A stretch of 28,727 nt of DNA from a virus (Duplodnaviria > Caudoviricetes), in the IMG/VR virus record IMGVR_UViG_3300020045_011467, positions 1 through 28,727 of that record; one strand, 5' to 3'. The notes under the pieces are model-generated. The model made no database searches. It had not been told where the DNA came from and worked only from the letters and a program-made list of their open reading frames with translations. Below are positions 24,700 to 28,727 of the stretch, piece after piece (position 1 is the stretch's first letter; each line of letters starts with the position of its first letter). A program made the translations under genes and the position numbers.

Positions 24700-25212
24700 T
24701 TACTCCAGCGACGGCAAGCCGGCTTGCAGGCGTGCCCAGTTGAGCCAACGCCGATAATTTGCTTCCCTAATAGTTTCTGGCAATGCGGTGATGCTCCCAA
24801 TATCTGTCAGCACCAGCCGCGTCACCGGCTGACACGCCACGATGGCCAGCCCGTAGCCTTGCCAGTCCGCCAGCGAGCAATGGACCTCATCCACGAATCC
24901 GTTTCGGAAAATCCACTTGTTCGGAATTAGCATCAGGAAGGGGCACATACGTTCCCACAGCAGTTCGGTCAACTCCAGCTCGCGCTTTTGCAACCCACGA
25001 CGAACCTCACAGCCAGGGCATAGATTACTTCCGCAATCCTCAGTGCTCCTCATTTCAGCGTCCAAGTCTGCTATTTGGCACTGCACCCGAACGAATTCGG
25101 CACGATTTGGCTCACCGGCCTCCTCCCACCAATCGGCGGCAATCAACCGCAGGTTGTCATCGAAAGGCCGCTCGCAGATGGCTCGCAATAGCTCTGGTTG
25201 CAATGGCGTCAC
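24700..25212 (-). CDS. TIGR02996 (planctomycete repeat-companion) domain protein
   Basis: LLRAICERPFDDNLRLIAADWWEEAGEPNRAEFVRVQC and downstream FRNGFVDEV. Confidence 0.88.
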   Translation of the reverse strand: MTPLQPELLRAICERPFDDNLRLIAADWWEEAGEPNRAEFVRVQCQIADLDAEMRSTEDCGSNLCPGCEVRRGLQKRELELTELLWERMCPFLMLIPNKWIFRNGFVDEVHCSLADWQGYGLAIVACQPVTRLVLTDIGSITALPETIREANYRRWLNWARLQAGLPSLE

Positions 25213-25409
25213 GCCTCACCGCCTTCAAACAGCTGTGGGTATAGATACTCTAGGGCCTCTTCTGCGGTAGTGAAAAACATGCTTTCTAAGCCAACTTTTT
25301 CCGATCTAACAAACCAACGCCCATCACCCCAATCGAAGGCAACACAAGGGCCGATTCGTATTTCAGCACCATCTTCTAAGACCATTAGATAGGCTTCACG
25401 CAAGCTCAT
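25209..25409 (-). CDS. Hypothetical protein
   Basis: AAGGA RBS; GTGA overlap with the next gene. Confidence 0.7.
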   Translation of the reverse strand: MSLREAYLMVLEDGAEIRIGPCVAFDWGDGRWFVRSEKVGLESMFFTTAEEALEYLYPQLFEGGEA

Positions 25410-25442
25410 TGTTTATCCTTCTCTTTTACCCCTTCGATAGAT

Positions 25443-25568
25443 TGCGTCCGCTCGGAGTTGAACCGAGTACCCATTTGTGGGGACTTTTTAGGTGTTCCCA
25501 CCTGCGAACCTTACGGCAGGGTGGCCGTGGCACTCGCAGTTGCGGGTCGCCGTGCCCGCCCCGGACGC
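25443..25568 (-). ncRNA. Oversized tRNA-like RNA A (126 nt)
   Basis: Acceptor GCGTCCG/CGGACGC plus A, 2-nt linker, GCGGG-CACGGCGA-CCCGC D-like arm, CTCGG-TTCAACT-CCGAG T arm; no canonical anticodon arm and no encoded CCA. Confidence 0.7.
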
Positions 25569-25662
25569 ATGCCCGTCTCTTCGGGCTGTCACACAACTTC
25601 TCGGACTTTTGCCTACTCCGCTCGGGAGCGGTGCTTACCGATAGCATGTGTCGCATAGGCAA

Positions 25663-25793
25663 AATGGCTGGTTGGAATCGAACCAACTTCCGGTTATTGC
25701 AGTATATCCCGGATACCCCGCCGACAAGTTTCATTTTCGCTGCTTATCCACTTGCCACGGATGCGTAGTGAGGGCCAATCTCACATCAGCCAT
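25663..25793 (-). ncRNA. Oversized tRNA-like RNA B (131 nt)
   Basis: Acceptor ATGGCTG/CAGCCAT, 2-nt linker, GTGAG-ATTGGCC-CTCAC D-like arm, GTTGG-TTCGATT-CCAAC T arm; extended middle domain and no encoded CCA. Confidence 0.7.
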
Positions 25794-25825
25794 TCTATTT
25801 TCGTGATGTTACATAAACGGGATTC

Positions 25826-27076
25826 TTACCCGCGCGTTTGCATTAGTTGATCCCAGGGCACGCCTTTGTATAGGGTTTTTCGATCATCATCATTAAGCAG
25901 CGAGGCCGTTTTGGCTTTCTTGTCCACTGCCTGGATTTCAACTTGTACCGCCTTGCGTTCCTTTTTAGTTTTAGGATCGGTTAGAGGCTTCTTAGTCTTG
26001 GGGTCCAATACCTTATAGAAATACAGAGCCCCCTTGATGGGTTCTACTTCGGCTTCCGGTTCTGCCTCTTCTTCCGTGGTTTCCTCTTCAGGTTCTCCCC
26101 CTTCCCGCTTCTGAATTTCGGCAACCACATCACCCCAACTTTCGGCCCCCTCTACCTCTTCTTCCGTCATACCAGCAGCTATGGCCCTATCTTTCAGGGT
26201 AGAGCTGGCATCATCATCCTGTGCATTAGCCAATTCCAACAGGTCATCCAGACTGACCTCCATAAAGGCTGCTCCGCTGGTAGTTTCCTCGGCCTGGCTT
26301 TCCTCTTCCTCTGGCTCGGGCTCCGGTTTAGGGGCCGGCTTGGGAGAGGGTTTAGCAGCTGGCTTTGCCGGTGCTACTGGCTCCTCCGGTGTGTTGTCCT
26401 GGACCGCACTAGACGGCTCTGGGCTATGGTAGTTCTCCAATCCGCGCGTACCATTCCAGAGGTGGTTTACCATCGGCTCCCGACCTGCATAGGGGTTAGC
26501 AGCCCGTGCCAGCTGTTCCGAGCTGTAAGGCCCTTTACCAGCTACTCGGCTATCCGGAGTGTCATTCTCCCCCAGGTTGAACAGGTAGTATTTCCCATCC
26601 TTGTCCTTGGCAATATCCTGTTTAGCCCCTTGCCAAGTTCGGAAGCGAAACATCGGTTTGGCTTGCTCCAAGGCCGCTGCAATTTCCTCCAAGTTATCTA
26701 GGCTCATGGACTCCTTATCCGCGCCTAATGCGGCCATTTGGTCCATAGCCCAGTTGAGGTGGTCCTCCTGAGTTTTCATTTTCCCACCGCTCGGAGTATC
26801 AATTAGAGCGTGAGGTCCAATCTGTGTGGCCATACCCTTGTAGGCTTCCGGCTCCTGGACAATACCGCGTGCCATGAAATACAAGGCTCCCTTGTTCTTG
26901 CCCTCCTTAAATTCACCAAAAGTGCAAGACCGCAATTCGGCTACTCCACTTACCCCGCCCGGCAAGGTTTGCCCTACGGCTACCTCCTTTTCCCGATTGG
27001 CCAGTACGGCTTGCCGGCCCTTCTCGCCTAGTTTACTGGCCAACAATCCTCCCACTTTTCCCACTTGCTTCGCCAT
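25826..27076 (-). CDS. Acidic protein, probable ssDNA-binding/recombination partner
   Basis: AAGGAG RBS; beta-rich N-terminal domain, Pro/Ala/Glu linkers and basic C-terminal domain. Function inferred only from its position after the Sak4-like ATPase. Confidence 0.55.
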   Translation of the reverse strand: MAKQVGKVGGLLASKLGEKGRQAVLANREKEVAVGQTLPGGVSGVAELRSCTFGEFKEGKNKGALYFMARGIVQEPEAYKGMATQIGPHALIDTPSGGKMKTQEDHLNWAMDQMAALGADKESMSLDNLEEIAAALEQAKPMFRFRTWQGAKQDIAKDKDGKYYLFNLGENDTPDSRVAGKGPYSSEQLARAANPYAGREPMVNHLWNGTRGLENYHSPEPSSAVQDNTPEEPVAPAKPAAKPSPKPAPKPEPEPEEEESQAEETTSGAAFMEVSLDDLLELANAQDDDASSTLKDRAIAAGMTEEEVEGAESWGDVVAEIQKREGGEPEEETTEEEAEPEAEVEPIKGALYFYKVLDPKTKKPLTDPKTKKERKAVQVEIQAVDKKAKTASLLNDDDRKTLYKGVPWDQLMQTRG

Positions 27077-27204
27077 GTTAGGCTCCTTATCAGTTACACA
27101 AAAACAAAAGTTGGTTGATTTATCCTGCCGTTCCTTGCCTTATCGTTACTGCCGTTGATGTCCATTCCTTCCCAAGACATTCCTTTCCCGTCCTTTATCT
27201 ATAA

Positions 27205-27225
27205 CTATTATACCCTACCCTGCAA
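27205..27225 (-). promoter_or_regulatory. 21-bp promoter-like motif, copy 3 (TTGCAGGGTAGGGTATAATAG)
   Basis: Fully intergenic copy, upstream of the acidic SSB-like gene. Confidence 0.6.
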
Positions 27226-27230
27226 TACCC

Positions 27231-28058
27231 TTAGTCCAGCAGATCGAAGAATTTCTCATAGGTAGGGTCTACGAGGCACTCCGGCAAATCACGCTTCGGG
27301 GTACGCACCTTGCTGGTATAAACTTCATGCTGCCCAGTCCGTAGGCAATACTCTACCCCTTCTCCGCGCTTAGTTGTTTGGACTTGTTTGCCAGCAATTT
27401 CCGTGGTAACAGTTTCCAGCCTAGCTCGCTTATAGGTTTGCACCACAAAATCACAAGCCGGGTTTAGCCAGCTAACTACTCCTGGAGAAAGAGAGGCCCC
27501 TACCACGGGCTTGATAACATCACTGTTAGACTCTTCCCCAAACGTGCGTTGTTGGGCAATAATCACAGTGTTGCCGGGTAGGTTAAGCAACGCGCGGAAT
27601 GTCTCTTTCAATTGTAAGGCTTGCTGGCCGTATTGGCTTTGTGTGGCCATCCCCCAACCCTTTTGGGCAGGCAATTCGTCTAGCCCGAGAATCTCTTTCA
27701 GCTTCAAATCAGCCAACCCACTGGCATGATCCAAGACAACGGTTTTATAGTTCTTAGCTAACTCAAGATACTCTGCAATATCATCCGAACTCCTGATGAT
27801 TTTGGGTGTGATTTTCTTCCTGTACTCCGGCGTATTGATGCTTCTTAGCTCGCCTGGCTTACTCCCACCCGAACAGATAAGCCAAAGGATAGGCCCCGGA
27901 AAGGTAGCGGCAAACGTAGTTTTCCCCGAACCGGATTCTCCATACACCAGCATACGCGCGGTCTCGACCATACCCCAGACATCATCCTCGGGGCTTGCCT
28001 TTACGTGGTTTTCCACGGGTGGTAAACGATTGACATTTTGCTTCTTTACTACTGGCAT
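27231..28058 (-). CDS. AAA_24 / Sak4-like phage NTP-binding recombination protein
   Basis: MLVYGESGSGKTTFAATFP (Walker A), YKTVVLDH (Walker B), ...YG, IIAQ blocks. Confidence 0.85.
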   Translation of the reverse strand: MPVVKKQNVNRLPPVENHVKASPEDDVWGMVETARMLVYGESGSGKTTFAATFPGPILWLICSGGSKPGELRSINTPEYRKKITPKIIRSSDDIAEYLELAKNYKTVVLDHASGLADLKLKEILGLDELPAQKGWGMATQSQYGQQALQLKETFRALLNLPGNTVIIAQQRTFGEESNSDVIKPVVGASLSPGVVSWLNPACDFVVQTYKRARLETVTTEIAGKQVQTTKRGEGVEYCLRTGQHEVYTSKVRTPKRDLPECLVDPTYEKFFDLLD

Positions 28059-28068
28059 GGTGTTCCCC

Positions 28069-28692
28069 TTAAAGGTTGTTCTGTATTTCTTTCACTAGCT
28101 TGGCATCCCCATAAATCAGAAAGCGGCCATAGGCAAAGCTATTTCTTTTAGCTCCTGCCTCTTCACTGGCTTCCTTTGCGTCTGGGAATTGCACGACTAC
28201 CACTACTCCATCCGTCCTACCACGGAGATAGGCGTTTAGGTAGGTCTGGCCCAACCCCTCTAACCTTTCTTTCTTCCAATCCTCATCGGGAAGAAGGTAG
28301 ATGGCTGGTAGTTGATGGGCTCGACATTCTACCCAGTGGAATTTAACGCCTCTGGAGTTTATTCGGTCTGCTACCCCTACACAAGTGATCGGAGGTGGGG
28401 CCAAGGGGCCATGCCCTGAGAAAGAATAATAGGATGCAACTAAGGCAAGAGCTATCACACTCCCATACAACATTAACCTCCGCCTCTTAGCTCTCCTTTT
28501 CTGTTGGACTGAGTAAGGAATTTTGGAATCATCTATAATAGCTACAGTTTGTCCTGAAGGAAAGGCAAAAGGGTTATCCTCTACCCCAGGCACCACGATA
28601 GCCCCCAAGCACTTTGGGCATTTGGATACCATGCCAGGCGGTAGCTTGGTTAGCAATTTGGTCTTACACTTCTGGCAAGTAAGCCTCTGCAT
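28069..28692 (-). CDS. Zinc-ribbon, single-pass membrane protein
   Basis: GAGG RBS; N-terminal CQKC...CPKC, then KRRAKRRR followed by a hydrophobic helix. Confidence 0.75.
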   Translation of the reverse strand: MQRLTCQKCKTKLLTKLPPGMVSKCPKCLGAIVVPGVEDNPFAFPSGQTVAIIDDSKIPYSVQQKRRAKRRRLMLYGSVIALALVASYYSFSGHGPLAPPPITCVGVADRINSRGVKFHWVECRAHQLPAIYLLPDEDWKKERLEGLGQTYLNAYLRGRTDGVVVVVQFPDAKEASEEAGAKRNSFAYGRFLIYGDAKLVKEIQNNL

Positions 28693-28727
28693 GGTACACC
28701 TCTTGTGTTACAGTTCTGGGAAAAGGT

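Noticed and set aside
24687-24800. N-terminal extension of polA in the track
   Set aside because: It overlaps the TIGR02996 gene; the RBS and ExoI motif support ATG 24686.
25409-25768. ORFs 25426-25734 (-), 25409-25768 (+) and 25458-25658 (+)
   Set aside because: Arg/Pro/Cys-rich translations without convincing RBSs; the region is better explained by RNA structure.
25443-25793. Canonical tRNA genes, tmRNA or hammerhead ribozyme
   Set aside because: No 5-bp/7-nt anticodon arm with U33 at the proper position; no GGGG...TCCACCA alanine ends or tag frame; CTGATGT does not fit the CUGANGA core.
27094-27180. 28-aa ORF MSWEGMDINGSNDKARNGRINQPTFVFV
   Set aside because: A leader peptide is possible but too short to support without homologs.
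27205-27245. Sigma54 promoter reading of the TTGC motif
   Set aside because: No TGGCAC-type -24 element at the required 10-nt GG-to-GC spacing.
1-28727. CRISPR array or complete type IV cas operon
   Set aside because: No regularly spaced direct repeats and no Csf2/Csf3/DinG/CysH-like ORF seen; only the lone Csf1-like gene.

Overview
This window is a 28.7 kb segment of a tailed dsDNA phage or prophage, transcribed almost entirely on the minus strand. The host is probably a planctomycete (Gemmataceae-like), judged from a TIGR02996-type domain and a planctomycete-style cytochrome c. Read right to left, it carries a recombination/replication block (Sak4-like AAA ATPase, acidic SSB-like protein, family A DNA polymerase, MazG, DUF3310, ThyX, primase-helicase), a SprT-like protease, two DNA methyltransferases, an XRE regulator, small and large terminase, about 8 kb of accessory cargo, and a portal gene cut by the left edge (absent from the ORF track). 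The most unusual items are: (i) oversized tRNA-like RNAs that keep acceptor, D and T arms but replace the anticodon domain (25443-25793, plus a cloverleaf at 3045-3145); (ii) a lone antisense Csf1/Cas8-like gene with no other cas genes or array; (iii) an exported module of two CxxCH proteins and a His-rich repeat protein; (iv) a terminase with a degenerate phosphatase-like C-terminal domain; (v) a 21-bp TTGC-N9-TATAATAG motif found three times at gene junctions. All family calls come from motifs recognised by eye; no searches were run.
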